Source of the DNA: Squalus acanthias
Taxonomy: Eukaryota
Direction: 5' to 3'
Assembly (NCBI GenBank): GCA_030390025.1
Contig: CM059433.1
Coordinates: 27,592,001 to 27,656,000 of the forward strand
DNA length: 64,000 bases
Part shown: in pieces, positions 38,291 through 51,831 of the stretch
Layout of the letters: every line of letters begins with the position of its first letter
How positions within the stretch are numbered: position 1 is the stretch's first letter
The notes under the pieces: model-generated
The model's input: only the letters and a program-made list of their open reading frames with translations
Database searches by the model: none
What the model was told of the DNA's origin: nothing
Translations under genes and position numbers: made by a program

Positions 38291-38654
38291 AGGAGGATGA
38301 TTTTAATGCTTGGTGGAGATGATTCCAAAGCTCCAATGTCCTTCTGAAACAGCGATTGCATTTCTTGGGTTTGGAGTACTGTAGAGCTAGGCACTCCAGA
38401 TCATCGGTCATGCCAGAAACCATTGATTAGGCCCCACCGAGATTTGTTATTAATGATAATGGGTCTGCTTGGGTCCCTGTTATGATTGTAGTTCATCAGG
38501 ATCCATTACTGTTCATCATTTTTGTTATTGATCCAGAAGAGATCTAAACATAGTATTCTAAAATTCATTGTTGATGAATCGATTGGTTGCAGGTAGAATT
38601 AGATTAGTTGGTGAATGGGCCTGTGTGGGGAAGATGTTTCTTAACAAAGAATTT

Positions 38655-38900
38655 ACAGCATAGAAACAGGCCATTTGGCTTAATATTTATGCTCCACACA
38701 AGCCTCCTCCCACATTACTTCATCTCACCCTGTCAACATAACCTTCAATTCCTTTCTCCCTCATGTACTTATTGAGCTTCCCCTTAAATGCATCTATGCT
38801 GCTCGCCTCAACTACTCCATGTGGTAACAAGTTTCACATTCTCACCACTCACTGAGTAAAGAAATTTCTCCTCAATTCCTTATTGGATTTATTGGAGACT
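38655..38900 (-). mobile_element. CR1 3' tail
   Basis: Same family as the copy at 3560-3820. Confidence 0.8.
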
Positions 38901-39069
38901 ATCTTAGAATCATGGCCCTGGGTTTTTGACTCGCCACAAGTTTTGAAATCCCTCCATGGCCTCGCCCCCTTCCTATCTCTGCAACCTCTTCCAGCACTCC
39001 CATCCTCTGACATATCTGTGCTCCTCCAATTCTGGCCTCTTGCACATTCCTGTTAGTCAACCCTCCACC

Positions 39070-39612
39070 ATTCACTTCACCTGATATCAAGAAACGGCTG
39101 AGCACACTGGATGCAGCAAAGGCTATGGGCCCCGACAACATCCTGGCTGTCGTGCTGAAGATTTGTGCTCCAGAACAACCTGCCTCTAGCCAAGCTGTTC
39201 CAGTACAGCTGTAACACTGCATCTACCTGACAATGTAGAAAAATGCCTAGTTATGTCCTGTCCACACAAAACAGGACAAATCCAATCCAGCCAATTATCG
39301 CCCCATCAGTCTACTCTCAACCATCTGGAAAGTGATGGAAGGTGTCGTAGACAGTGCTATCAAGCGGCACTTATTCACCAATAACCTGCTCACCGATGCG
39401 CAGTTTGGGGTCCGCCAGGACCACTCAGCTCCAGATCTCATTCCAGCCTTGGTCCAAACATGGACAAAAAAGCTGAATTCCAGAGGTGAGGTGAGAGTGA
39501 CTGCCCTTGACAGCAAAGCAGCATTTGACCGAGTGTGACATCAAGGAGCCCTAGTAAAATTGAAGTCCATGGGAATCAGGGGGAAAGATCTGCACTGACT
39601 GGAGTCATACCC
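39070..39612 (+). mobile_element. Zenon/CR1-like LINE RT fragment, preceded by a short L2 piece at about 38940-39050
   Basis: KAMGPDNI...ANYRPISLL...QFGVRQDHSAPDLI...KAAFDRV; matches 57.1-57.6 kb. Confidence 0.88.
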
Positions 39613-39789
39613 AATATTCCCTCTAATTTTCTTTTGTACTGAGCAGGCCACGAATTCCTTTGAGCGTGACCTTTTCATCCGTGAACACATTTTAAAACAA
39701 CAACAACAACTTTGACAACAACGACAGCAACAGCAACCACTTAAAAGCATTTATACGCTAATGCCATATTGCCACCCCACCGTCTCAAA

Positions 39790-40515
39790 TTATGAGACAA
39801 TCAGACAAGGTTCGATAAAAGTTTAACATAACTTCTCTGCTTTTGAATTCTATTCCTCTAGAAATGAGCCCCAGTGCTTTATTTGCACTTTTATGGCTTT
39901 TTTAACCTGCATTGCTACTTTTAATGATTTGTGAATCTATACCCCTAGATCTCTTTGCACCTCTACCCCATTTAGACTCTTATTTTCCAAGGAGTAGGTC
40001 GCCCCCTTATTCCTCCCACCAAAATGCACCACCTCACACTTATCTACAGGAAACTTTCGTTTATCCGGCATCGACGGGACCGGCGTGGTGCCGGTTTATC
40101 GAAAGTACCGGATAACGGAGAGTTATATCTACCGAGGCTATTTTTAACAAAGAGACTCCAGGCAGCGCGGGAGAATCAACTCCTGCTACTGCAGTGTTTC
40201 GGACTTCCGACAGCGCCAGGAGGCCGAGTAGTGGCACTTTTGAAAAGTACCCCATCTGACTAAATCGGCGTTCGCGGACTCGGACTCGGACTCGGGATCG
40301 GCAACATTGACGGTTATTTGAGAGGAGTTTTCGGAGCACTCGGCGTTCGCGGAGACTCGACTGCGACTCGGCAACATTGCCGGTTATGTGAGAGGAGTTT
40401 TCGGAGGATGATTTTTGCCGGTTAAGCGAGAATTCCGGATATTTGGGTGCCGGATAAACGAAAGTTTCCTGTATATTGAAATTCATTTGTCATTTACATG
40501 CTTATTCTGCAAGTT
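39790..40515 (-). mobile_element. CR1 RT C-terminal fragment interrupted by a MITE
   Basis: CR1 sequence cacacttatctA|TAttgaaattcatttg is continuous once the MITE is removed. Confidence 0.75.
40047..40471. mobile_element. Tc1/mariner (Tigger/pogo-like) MITE, 425 bp
   Basis: Perfect 24-bp TIR CAGGAAACTTTCGTTTATCCGGCA; TA TSD at 40045-40046 and 40472-40473. Confidence 0.93.
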
Positions 40516-42576
40516 TGTTTACGGTAGAATTAATTAAAAGCTTTTAGTTCGTCATGTACAAACTCTATTTAATAAAAAATTACTTGTCAGAAATGACTGG
40601 GATATAAAAGAACTGCATAATAATGCATTAACACTTCAGAAACGTCACTCAGTTACACGGTTATGCATCGACAAACAATCCAAAAGCCCAAGGTGAGCTG
40701 AAAGAGGCATATCTATTCATGTAATTTGTATTAATTTTAAAGTTTTCAACTTATTAGCCCATCCCTCATGTCACTATAGCAGTGGCTGCACAAGCAGCAG
40801 GAGCAGCGGCTTTCCTATGGCGCTGACATGCTGTACGTCCACATAAGTGATCAGAATATTAATCACAATGCAACCAGACAACCAACTAATATAAAGTGCT
40901 GTAGTTCTTTAGTTCACAGTATTAAAAAGAATTGAACAAAAACGGGTATCCGTATTTCCAACTTCAATCATTTCCATTAATAAACGTTGTCTTCTTGAAC
41001 CAGCACACCCCCCACCCCCCGCACCCCATGTAACAAGTCAGAAATGCAGCACTTATTCACAAGTGCAGAAAAACACATACACAATTTGCATCACCGAATT
41101 AAAAACAAAAAGCAGGAAAAGCTATGATTTAACAGAAATAAATAATTTTCTTTCTTCCTGGACAGGAGAACCAATCAGACTGACTTGGAAATGTTTACTA
41201 ATATGTTGACGCAAAGATGTTAATTTATGAATTTCTCCTCTAATGTTTTTCTCTCAAACATTTTCCACAATATTAATCCCTGCTCTTATCACAAAAAGTG
41301 TTGAATTATTTTAGGTACTTCCCAATTAAATAGCGGGAAACAAACTTCATTGTACTCTCAATTTTTAATCTCCTAATTCAAATATTTATACCAAATCAAA
41401 ATTGTACATTATCAGTTTAATCAAAGTATTTTCTGTGTCTTTCTCAATAAACAAATAGTTGTTTTTTCTAAAGTAATGCAATTTTTATACATCATTACAT
41501 AACTCGTGCTTCTATTAACTCTCCACTAAATGTTTAAGAGGAAATCTATATTTACATTATTCCTGGGACTTGTTCGGACTATAGAACAACAGACAAAATA
41601 AAATGGTTTGTATTTTTCCCCTTTTTTGGTTCTCTTCCTAAACATCTTAATGATATTTTTTAAAAAGTCAATAAAAAAGTAATATGTAACTCCTACAAAT
41701 CCTCCCCGCCCTCCCCCTCCTCAACAGCATGGTTGCATGTTTGTGTAAAGCTACTCACTTCAGTCGATCATTCAAAATCAAATATTGAGAAATTTCAATT
41801 TTAAAATGTTTTAAGCATTTCAGAACCTCTTTAAAAGCATTTGGCATTCAAAGCCTGGTTGAAACTTGTTTAGATGAGGGGAAAATTGATTTTGTTTCTG
41901 CTTCTTCCAAAATCATATTTGAAAAAAGTGCTTTTAACACTCATTTTTTCTGAAAAGTTCATTAAAAATCTTTAAATTCTTTCAAGTCTTGTTGCATCTT
42001 TGACAGAAGTTTCTCCAAGTTTCTCTTTCCCTCTTCAACGCTGTCGTTAAACATACAACAAAAATAAACTCTAATTCCAAACGGAGCTCAAATAAGAAAG
42101 TGAATAAAGTGGTTAAACTTCCTAAGAAGGCGGTGAGGTTACCTATCTCCAGCCTTGGCGATGAGTTGGGATCAGTTTTGGAGAAGTTGTTTCCTCTTTT
42201 TCTGCTGTCATTCCATCCGTCTCTCACAGATTCTGAGGTACAAAAAGGGGCACAAACTTTTTCCCCACTCTCATAACATGCTTTAAATAACCCTGATAGA
42301 CTCTTTCTAAAAGGGGACAACACCTGGCAAAATTTAACTGGAACTTACAGCGAGACATTCAACATCACTTTCCTGTATTTTTTTTCGGCTTTAAAGAATT
42401 TTCTGAATTTTTAATTTAAAAAATTCTCAGTTTTGTTTCACCGGGGGCCTAAAACCTGTTTGCTTTAGCCTCCTTCCAGCGACCATCGTACATGTGCTGT
42501 GCCTCCACCTGTGTTGCTCCAAAGTGCGGATGCCGCTCAGTCCCCGGGAACAGACTACACACGTCTGGACCCTCAC

Positions 42577-42908
42577 CCCTCTCTCTGTCCCTCTCTCTCT
42601 CTCTCTCTCCCTCCATCTCCCTCTCTCCCTCCGTCCCCTTCACTCTCCCTCGGTCCCCCTCTCCTTCTCTCTCCCTCCGTCCCCCTCTCCTCTCTTCCTC
42701 CATCCCCCTCTCCCTCTCTCTCCTTCCGTCCCCCTCTCCCTCTCTCTCCCTCTGTCCCCCTCTCCCCCTCTCACTCCATCTCCATTCCCCTCCCCATCCC
42801 TCTCTCTCTCTCCATCCCTCTCTCTCCCCCCAGTCTCTCTCTCTCTCCCCAGTCTCTCTCTCTCTCTCCCCAGTCTCTCTCTCTCTCTCCCCAGTCTCTC
42901 TCTCCCCT
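42577..42908. repeat. Polypyrimidine (CT-rich) low-complexity tract
   Basis: About 330 bp almost purine-free; ends in three ccccagt(ct)n units. Confidence 0.95.
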
Positions 42909-42929
42909 TTCGATCCTCGATCTTCCCCC

Positions 42930-43355
42930 GACCGGCCACCAACAGATCCCCTGACCTCTGCATGGAGCTGACGAAAGCTTGGCCCACCTGGACACTGCGC
43001 ATGCACGACCCGGTATCCCGCAAGCCAGCGCTGAAGGCTGAAAGGCGAAGAATCAGAGCGCGGGGGATTCTCCCGCTGTCCAGATGAAAGGTCAAAGTTC
43101 AAGGGAAAAAATCAAACCCCTCCCGGCGTTACACAGCAACCCATCAACCATCGGAACACACAAGAGCTGCAATTGCGATCGGCTCTGAGGTTGCAAGACT
43201 CACAAACGAGTCTGTCTGGATTCCCGGGGCCATTGTGTATTGGGCCCCTCCCCTCCCCTGCCCCGCTACTGTCCAGCTCTCTGCACGGCGGCATTTCAAA
43301 TCAACTGCACGCGAGCTTAGGGATCGCAGCGCGCGCCGCACACCCGCGCACCTTA
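42930..43355. promoter_or_regulatory. Small CpG island, candidate promoter or enhancer
   Basis: Non-repeat CpG-rich sequence; NRF1-like TGCGCATGCA (42996-43005); DR1 element AGGTCA-A-AGTTCA (43089-43101). Confidence 0.5.
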
Positions 43356-43372
43356 GAGGGAACAGTGATCAT

Positions 43373-44460
43373 ACCTAGCACAAAGGAAGATGGTTGCGGT
43401 GGTTGGAGGTCAATCATCTCAGCTCCAGGACATCGCTGCAGGAGTTCCTCAGGGCAGTGTCCTAGGCCCAACCATCTTCAGCTGCTTCATCAATGACCTT
43501 CCCTCCAACATAAGGTCAGAAGTTGGGATGTTCGCTGATGATTGCAGTGTTCAGTTCCTTGTTTCGCTGACGATTGCACAGTGTTCAGTTTCATTCACAA
43601 CTCCCCAGATAATGAAGCAGTCCATGCCCACATGCAGCAAGACCTGGACAAGATTCAGGCTTGGGCTGATAAGTGGCAGGTAACATTCGCGCCATACAAG
43701 TGCCAGGCAATGACTATCTCCATTAAGAGAGAGTCTAACCACCACCCCTTGACATTCAACGGCAATACCATCACCAAATCCCCCACCATCAACATCCTGG
43801 GGGTCACCATTCACCAGAAACTTAACTGGATCAGCCACATAAATACTGTGGCAACAAGAGCAGGTCAGAGGCTGGGTATTATGTGGCAAGTGTCTCACCT
43901 CCTGACTCCTCAAAGCCTTTCCACCATTTACAAGGCACAAGTCAGGAGTGTGATGGAATACTCTTCACTTGCCTGGATGAGTGCAGCTCCAACAACACTC
44001 AAGAAGCTCGACATCATCCAGGACAAAGCAGCCCGCTTGATTGGCACCCCATCCACCACCTTAAACATTCACTCCCTCCACCACCGGCGTACTGTGGCTG
44101 CAGTGTGTACCATCTACAAGATGCACTGCAGCAACTTGCCAAGGCTTCTTCTACAGCACCTCCCAAACCCTCGACCTCTTCCACCTAGAAGGACAAGGGC
44201 AGCAGGCGCATGGGAACACCACCACATCCAAGTTCTCCTCCAAGTCACACACCATCCTGACTTAGAAGTATATCGCCGATCCTTCATCATCGCTGGGTCA
44301 AAATCCTGGAACACCCTCCCTAACAGCACTGGGGGAGTACCTACACCACAAGGTCTGCAGCGGTTCAAGAAGGCGGCTCACCACCACCTTCTCAAGGGCA
44401 ATTAGGGATGGGCAATAAATGCCTTGTCAGCGACACCCACATCCCAGGAAAGAATGAAAA
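43373..44460 (+). mobile_element. Zenon/CR1-like LINE 3' portion
   Basis: AGVPQGSVLGPTIFSCFINDLP, FADDC, ORF 43542-44405, tail gaatgaaaa. Confidence 0.92.
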
Positions 44461-44479
44461 AAGACAGCCAAAGGCACAC

Positions 44480-45450
44480 TCTGGTCAGAGAGAAGGCAAT
44501 GAACTCCACTCTCTTGGCATAAAGAGAGGCTAGCAACTCTCTTCTGCAGCAGAGAATGGCAAACTGGGAGATGTTACAGATGTCGCCTGCTCCATCCTGG
44601 AAGGATCCCGACGCAAGGAAAGTCAGGGCCACGGTCACCTTCAAAGCCATTGGCAGTGCTGTGCTTGCCCTGGTATGAAGCGACAGATTTGGTTGCAATA
44701 TGGGGCAGAGTTCTGTGAGCACCTCCTTCGCAAAGCGCAGGCGCCTCACACACTGCTCCTGGCTCAGGCTGAGGTAAGAGAATTCCTCTTGGAAGACCCT
44801 AGGTGGGTAAGGCCTCCTGCTGAGAGCCCTTCTCCCCCTCCTCCTCCTCCCTCTGCGAGCAGCTTGTCCTCTTCTTTGCTGCCTCTGCTCCATCTCCTTG
44901 TCATGCTGCAGACCAAGGTGGATGACAACTAGAGTCCCCATGACTGGGAGCAAGTGGTCTGAGCAGAACCCTTGAATTCAGAACTAAGGCCTTCTTCACT
45001 TGCAGCACCACTCCCTGTGACCTCACCAACTTTAAACAACTCTAGAATTCTCCAAACACTTCCACAAACTCACACAGAGCCAGTAGAAATTAATCAGCAA
45101 CTGACCTTAGAGTGGTTGCTGATGCCTTTAGGTATCGCTGGTGGAGGATCCTTACTGCTGTTGAACGCAAGTTCAGCTGTGCGAAGTTAAGACAGCGCGT
45201 TTGCTCCAGTGTTGAGGACAAAAATAGTAGCACTGGTATTAAATCAGCATTGCACGCTGATTGACGTCACGATCTGCCGACTCTACATACTTCTGGCACA
45301 CGCTACTATCGCCACCCTACCGCCCTCGCCAAGATGGCATCTGGCGCGGCACGCACCAGAAGTGCACGTTCCACATGGACGCCATTTTAGTCACAAAACG
45401 GCACCCCTAGCACCGAAAAATCGGGCGCTATGGAGTTGAATTTCTAGCTC
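44480..45450 (-). mobile_element. Truncated Harbinger of a second family (transposase N-terminus plus one end)
   Basis: RRPYPPRVF...LSQEQCVRRLRF...KVTVALTFLASGSFQ; TIR-like aatttctagctc at about 45439-45450. Confidence 0.85.
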
Positions 45451-45849
45451 TTACAGTCTTACCCTAACATGGTTTACCGTCTCATCCGAAAGACGACACC
45501 TCCAACAGTGCAGCTCTCCCTCTGTACTGCACTGGATCATCAGCCTAGATTATGTGCTCAAGTCTCTGGGGTGGAGCCAGTTCTCCAAGTGTCCCACCTC
45601 CTTACTTTCCCAGGCCATTTTTGCTCTATATTATATATACACATACACTCCCCAATTCCCAAAGGTAATTAAGCAAATTGCAAATATTTATCAGTCTTCA
45701 CTATTCAACCCGACGCTGGACCCCACCAAAGACGTCAGCCCAGAATGTTTGTGGGGTTTGCCCTGACCTCCTGCTCTAACTTCACTGGGAGATCAGCGGA
45801 ACCCCCAGAGGAATGGTGTAAGTGGCTAAAAACTGCCGTCTAAAGGAAA

Positions 45850-46245
45850 TGAAAGGTCTTGCATTTATATCTAGCCTTTCGCGACCTCAGGATCTCCCAA
45901 AGTGCTTTACAATCAATGGTATACTTTTGATGCGTAGTCACTGTGGGAAACGTGGCAGCCAACTTGTGCACAGCAAGGTCTGACAAACAGCAATGTGATA
46001 ATGACCAGATAATCTGTTTTTTTTAGTAATGTTGGTTGAACGATAAATATTGGCGAGGTCATTGGGGAGAACTCTCCTGCTCTTCTTCAAAATAGTGCCG
46101 AGGGATCTTTTACGTACAGCTGACAGGGCAGACTGGGCCTTGGTTTACCGTCTCATCCGAAAGACGACACCTCCAACAGTGCAGCTCTCCCTCTGTACTG
46201 CACTGGGTCATCAGCCTAGATTATGTGCTCAAGTCTCTGGGGTGG
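45850..46245 (-). mobile_element. Deu-type SINE lacking its tRNA head
   Basis: Reverse complement of the tail and core of the 11.7-kb SINE; flanked by MITE-like pieces. Confidence 0.85.
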
Positions 46246-46819
46246 AGCCAGTTCTCCGAGTGTCCCACTGATCCGCTGAAGTTACTGTGGGAGACCGGAA
46301 GAACCCCCACTGAAATTCAGGGCCATATTTTATAAATTAACATCGGGGAGAACTTTGAACTAAAAGTAACCCCCAGGTTTTCCTTCTCCTTTACGAACTT
46401 ATAATTGTTTGGCTAACATAATCAGCAATGAATCTGAAGAGAGAATTATACAGGTCCTAATCCTACATTTTAACTCAGTGCAGAATGCCAGGGATCACTT
46501 GAGTATTATTTATCACAGTGATTAATTAAGTATAGAACATATTATATACATAAGAGTTTGTTGTAATTTTAAAACCAGCTGCATTTGTGCAATTTCTTGG
46601 TAATTTTCATATTCAGAATGAGCCTCTTGGCATTCCTCCATTTTAAGATTGCCCCCATACTGTAATGTGTTTCACAAGTAGCTTTATGAGGAATTTATAT
46701 GAGTGATAAATTATAAAATCATATAACAGGCTCGAAGCGTGAGGCGGGTTCCGAATGGTGTTGAAATATCCAAGTAGGAAGCTGAAAGAGATTGAAGAAT
46801 CTTAGTAGCCTTGATGCCA

Positions 46820-47400
46820 ACCAATACAAAGCAGCAATCAACAACTAAATAGAATGCTGAACGACACAGTCAAAACAGTAGAATATAAGTCAGAGGGAGT
46901 CATGATTGAACTGTACAATGCTCTGGTACTGTGTCCAGTTCTGGTCACCAAGAAACAAGGGAGACATTCAACCACTGGAGGCTGTGCAGAAAAGAGCAAT
47001 GAGGCCAAACCTTAATGTTAGAGGCCTAAGTTATGAGGAAAGACTGGAGAAACTTGGGCTATTCAACCTGGAAAAGAGGCCACTGAGAGATGATCTTGTC
47101 GAGGCATGGTTAATGGTACGGAAAAGGGAAATCCAGAATAACACTTTAAGCTAAATTGCCAGAATAGGACAAAGGGACAAGTTAGGTGGGTTAACTGGAA
47201 CTGACGATATCAGTCACAATGCTCTCCTAGAGTTTGCTTGATTGCCTGTGGGGGCCAGAGAGGAATTTCCGAGAGTTTTCCCCCCTCTTTTTTGCCTCTC
47301 ACAAGAAATTGGATGGCTGCAAGGGGATGGGGTGGAGAGGGATGAGTAACATCATGATGGGCCAGGCTCAACAAGCCAGCTCGTCTTTTCATGTCCTTTT
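46820..47400 (+). mobile_element. Old CR1 3' fragment
   Basis: YCVQFWSP...LEAVQKRA...[19 protein letters not shown]. Confidence 0.8.
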
Positions 47401-47607
47401 TCATATGTTCACGTGTCCTCACTCACTGGGGGTAATTTTAACATTTGGCAATAGTGTAAATGGGCCAATATCAGATCTGCCGCCCGTTGTACACCTCTCC
47501 CGATTTTAATTTCCATTCAGTTACAACAATGAGCTCCTCTCCTATCATTGCAGGACTAGTGACTATTAAATCCACTGTTAGTTGTGCGTGATTTCACATT
47601 CCATTTT

Positions 47608-48640
47608 GTTAACAGACAGAAAACAAAGAGTAGGGATAAACGGGTCTTTTTCAGGATGGCAGGCTGTGACTAGTGGGGACCGCAAGGATCGGTGCTTGGG
47701 CCCCAGCTATTCACAATCTATATCAATGATTTGGATGAGGGGACTAAATGTAACGTATCCAAATTTGCTGATGATACAAAGCTAAGTGGAAGTGTCAGTT
47801 GTGAAGAGGATGTGAAGAGGCTTCAAGGGGATCTCGACAGGCTCAGTGAGTGGGCGAGAACATGGCAGATGGAATATAATGTGGATAAATGTGAAGTGAT
47901 CCACTTTTGTAGAAAAAAACAGAATGGCAGAGTATTTCCTAAATGGTGAAAGATTGGGGAATGCAGATGCTCAAAGGGACCTGGGTGTCCTTGTACATGA
48001 GTCACTGAAAGTGAATGTGCAGGTGCAGCAAGCCATTAGGAAGGCAAATGGTATGCTGGCCTTCATTACAAGAGGATTTGATACAGGAGTAAAGAAGTCT
48101 TACTCCAATTATATAGGGCCTTGGTGAAACCACACCTGGAGTACTGTGTACAATTTTGGTCTCCTTACCTAAGGAAGGATATGCTTGCCATAGAGGGAGT
48201 GCAACGAAGGTTAATGAGATTGATTCCTGGGATGGCAGGACTGTCGTATGAGAAGAGATTGAGTAAACTAGGCCTGTATTCTCTTGAATTCAGAAGAATG
48301 AGAGGGGATCTCATTGAAGCATGCAAAATTATTACAGGGCTTGAGAGGGTGGATGCCTTGGTGTTTCCCTTGGCTGGGGAGTCTAGAACCAGGGGCCACA
48401 GCCTCAGGATAAAGGGTAGGCCATTCAGGACTGAGATGAGAAGACATTTCTTCACACAGAGGGGTGGTGAATCTTACAGAAGTCGATAGATTTCTGACTA
48501 GTAAAGGCATCAAGGGATATGACAATAGGGCCGGTGAATCGAGTTGAGGCAGAAGATCAGCCATGATCTGATTGAATGGCGGAGCAGGCTCGAAGGGCCG
48601 AATGGCCTACTCCTGCACCTAATTCTTATGTTCTTATGTT
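47608..48640 (+). mobile_element. 5'-truncated CR1 LINE
   Basis: DRKQRVGINGSFS...FADDTKL...RRMRGDLIE; (ttcttatg)n tail. Confidence 0.93.
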
Positions 48641-49261
48641 ACTATTTATGCATTCGGCTGTGTTCTTTTTAAGCTAAATGTGCATTTTTTTAATAGGTTG
48701 CATCTTTGTTCTTTATTTTCTTTGTGTTGCTTTGTTAACAGAATATAACCTGTGGCCTACAGCAATGATTTCAGAAGCACTGGGATTTGATACCTAATGT
48801 TTATTCCTGAACACTCCTCCATACAATTCCATATCACATTCATGCATATTAACATTTAATAGATTAAAATAGCCCAATCATGGCGCAGTTTTACCACAGG
48901 CCATGTACCTGGAGTAACTGGCTCTAACAACTCAGCACTCAAGTCCATCCTACGGGCCCAGTGAGTAAAGTCACATGACAGGAGGTATTATGCAAGCTGT
49001 AGTGTGAATCTATAGGCTGCATTCTTTTCTTCATTCTGAATTAAAGATTAGAAATTTGTAGCAATTGGCATGATTGGTGATGCATTAACATTACCTGGGG
49101 CACATTCACCGTATTGTACAACCCCATTTCCAATCTCATTAAAGATCTTTTAATTGTTAACAAGTGACTTACTCACGTAGATCTACGTGCAAAGTTCAGC
49201 CTAAATTGAAGAAATGGTGATTGTGATGACAATATCTAAAATATAAGTCAACAAAAACATT

Positions 49262-49827
49262 GGGTAGAAGTTGGTCATCATTGCGCCCGTTTTCCAGGCA
49301 GAAAACAGGCTCAAAAATGATCAATTTCGCAGGCAATGCCCTGCACCCCAAGAACTCCTGCAAAACGTCCAACGCCATATTGGCCTCGGATGATTTTCAG
49401 GCGTTAGGCCCCTTGCCAATGCTAATCAGCAGCCTGTATTAGGACCCCTCAGAGATATTGGGCTGCCCCGCTCAGGCTTTGCTGGTGTGGATGCAGCCTA
49501 GCAAGCCGCCACCACCAGAAAGGTAAGTAACATTTTTAATTTTTTAATGTGGAGCCAGGAGGAGCAGGACCCCTGACAGCCACCGCCGGCCGTAATCGGT
49601 TCCCCCTTCCTGCTGACCTGTTCCCATTTACCCCTCCCAGGATTTACCTGAGGCCGCTGCTGGCAAACAGTCCAAAATTCAATCCTCCTGAAGGGCGAGC
49701 TGCTTGTGTAGGCACGACAGGCGATCAGAAGCTTTCGGGCCAACCACAGGCCTCTCGGTTCGGGCACCCGTTGTTCATGCAGTACCGAGTCTGGGCCCAA
49801 AAACAGGCCCAGACTAATTTCTATCCC
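49262..49827. mobile_element. Harbinger-like MITE
   Basis: Ends gggtagaagtt / aatttctatccc; ATT on both sides (49259-49261, 49828-49830). Confidence 0.72.
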
Positions 49828-51039
49828 ATTAATCTTTATCATTATTCTTGTTTTAAATTCCAAAATCCTCTTGTGTAAATTGCTACGGTATTTTTATACC
49901 ATCACACACTATGTAATAAATATTCAACCAAAAATAATGAGGCATATGAACTCAAAATAATTTTTGTGGTAACTAGTGATTAGGAAATAATTTTGTTACT
50001 GTTTTGGCATTTAGTGTTGTATCCAAGGGAATGGAATACGAATGCAATACTTTTACAAATCAAACTTTACAATTTATGCAGCTATTAGAAGTTCCTGTGT
50101 GTAGGAAGGAACAATATTAAAGTATTTGCAAGGATAATGTTTTGAGATGGCGGAGCCTCTATGATTAATGTTCTGGCGTGCATCGTTAATCTAGTCTATG
50201 AATGTTGAGTATGCTGTGGCAGCTACTGGGACAGGATAGATTTTAGGCTGAGGTATTTTGAAGTTTCTTGCTGGAATGTGTTAAATGTACCACTCGTAAT
50301 GCCATTCAATTGAGTGAAAGTATTACTGAACTTGAAAAAAAGGAGTCATTGATTATTAAAAGCAATGACATAAGGGCAATTTACTTCTGGCTCAACATCA
50401 GGACAAATGTTCCCTAATCTCTGAGATTGTAGCTAAATTACACAAATAGTGAACTAAAGACAACTATTTATGCGGAGAAAATAATCCAATTTTAAAACAA
50501 AACAGTTGTTCTGCATTAGCTCTCCTTACTCCTACTATATGTGGCAGTTGATTGAGCGGGTAAAATATGGACTATATTAGTGCCCTCTTTATCTACTGGA
50601 CGTTGCATGGGAATGAGAACGAGGGGTTTCTCCTTTTAATCACCAACAACTGAGGTACATACAGTGGCCAACTGCAGCAAAGACTGAAACAAATACAGAG
50701 TAAAACATCCTCACAATATATTCAGCTCCCCACTTCAGCTGTGGCTGCGTTTTCCCAGGGATATGCCAGAAGGTGTATATAATACTGACACCTTCTAAAT
50801 TCTTTGCAATGGCAATTTGACTTATATCACAAACAGCTGTGGAAGTTACAATAGACACACATTTACCTGGAACTCAGTGTAGATTCCCGAACAGGATCGA
50901 TAACAACCTGCTCAGTCCTCTGATCGTCTCCAGTTTGGATGCTGATGTTACCTCCGTCTCAAGAGGTAAAGTACAAGAGTCCTGCCTGCTGAGAGGACAG
51001 TGTGATACAACAAATCTTTGGGAAAATAGATATCAGAAT

Positions 51040-51475
51040 GTGTTCGCTGACCTACATTGGCTCCCGGTCCGGCAATGCCTCAATTTTAAAATTCGCAACC
51101 TTTTTTTCAAATCCCTCCATGGCCTCGTCCCTTCCTATCTCTGTAATCTCCTCCAGTCCTACAACCTTCTGAGATCGCTGCGCTCCTCCAGTTCTGGCCT
51201 CTTGCACATCCTGATTTTCATCGTTCCACCATCGGCGGCCATGCCTTCAGCTGCCTAGCCCTAAGCTCTAGAATTCCCTCCCTGAACCTCTCTGCCTCTC
51301 TACCTCGCTATCTTCCTTTAAGATGCTCCTTACAACCTCTTTGTCCAAGCTTTTGGTCACCTGTCCTAATATCACCTTATGTGGCTCAGTGTCAAATTTT
51401 GTTTGATTACAATCCTGTGAAGTGTCTTGGGACCTTTTACTATGTTAAAGGCACTCTATAAATACAAGTTGTTGT
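51040..51475 (+). mobile_element. L2 LINE 3' end
   Basis: ADLHWLPVRQCLNFKI...KSLHGLVPSYL; tail aaggcactctataaatacaagttgttg. Confidence 0.88.
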
Positions 51476-51831
51476 CGCTTGTGAAGCAGACAGAGAGGAA
51501 GAGAAAAAGATACCCTATTTGGGGAAGTGGAGAGGGAAGGGTAGATAGCCTGTTGTGGCGGGTGAAGGGAAAGAAACTATTGAGGGTGGGAAAAAAGAGT
51601 GACCTGTTGAGTGGGCTGCTGGGTGCTGGAAGAGAGAGGGAGAGAAATCATCTTACTAGGGACATCTCTGGTTCTGCTGGAAGTGGGACGGTCATTTGCT
51701 GTTGGATCTTAGTGGGCCCACATAACACTGCACTCCCTGCCTCATTATTAGCGATGCCACTGTAGATCCATTATAGATATAAAAACCTGCAAGCTCCTCT
51801 CAAAGGAAAGCAGTGAAGGAAAAATGGAGTG

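Noticed and set aside
42449..43102. ER-rich and SL/P-rich ORFs
   Set aside because: Translation of a CT-rich low-complexity tract.
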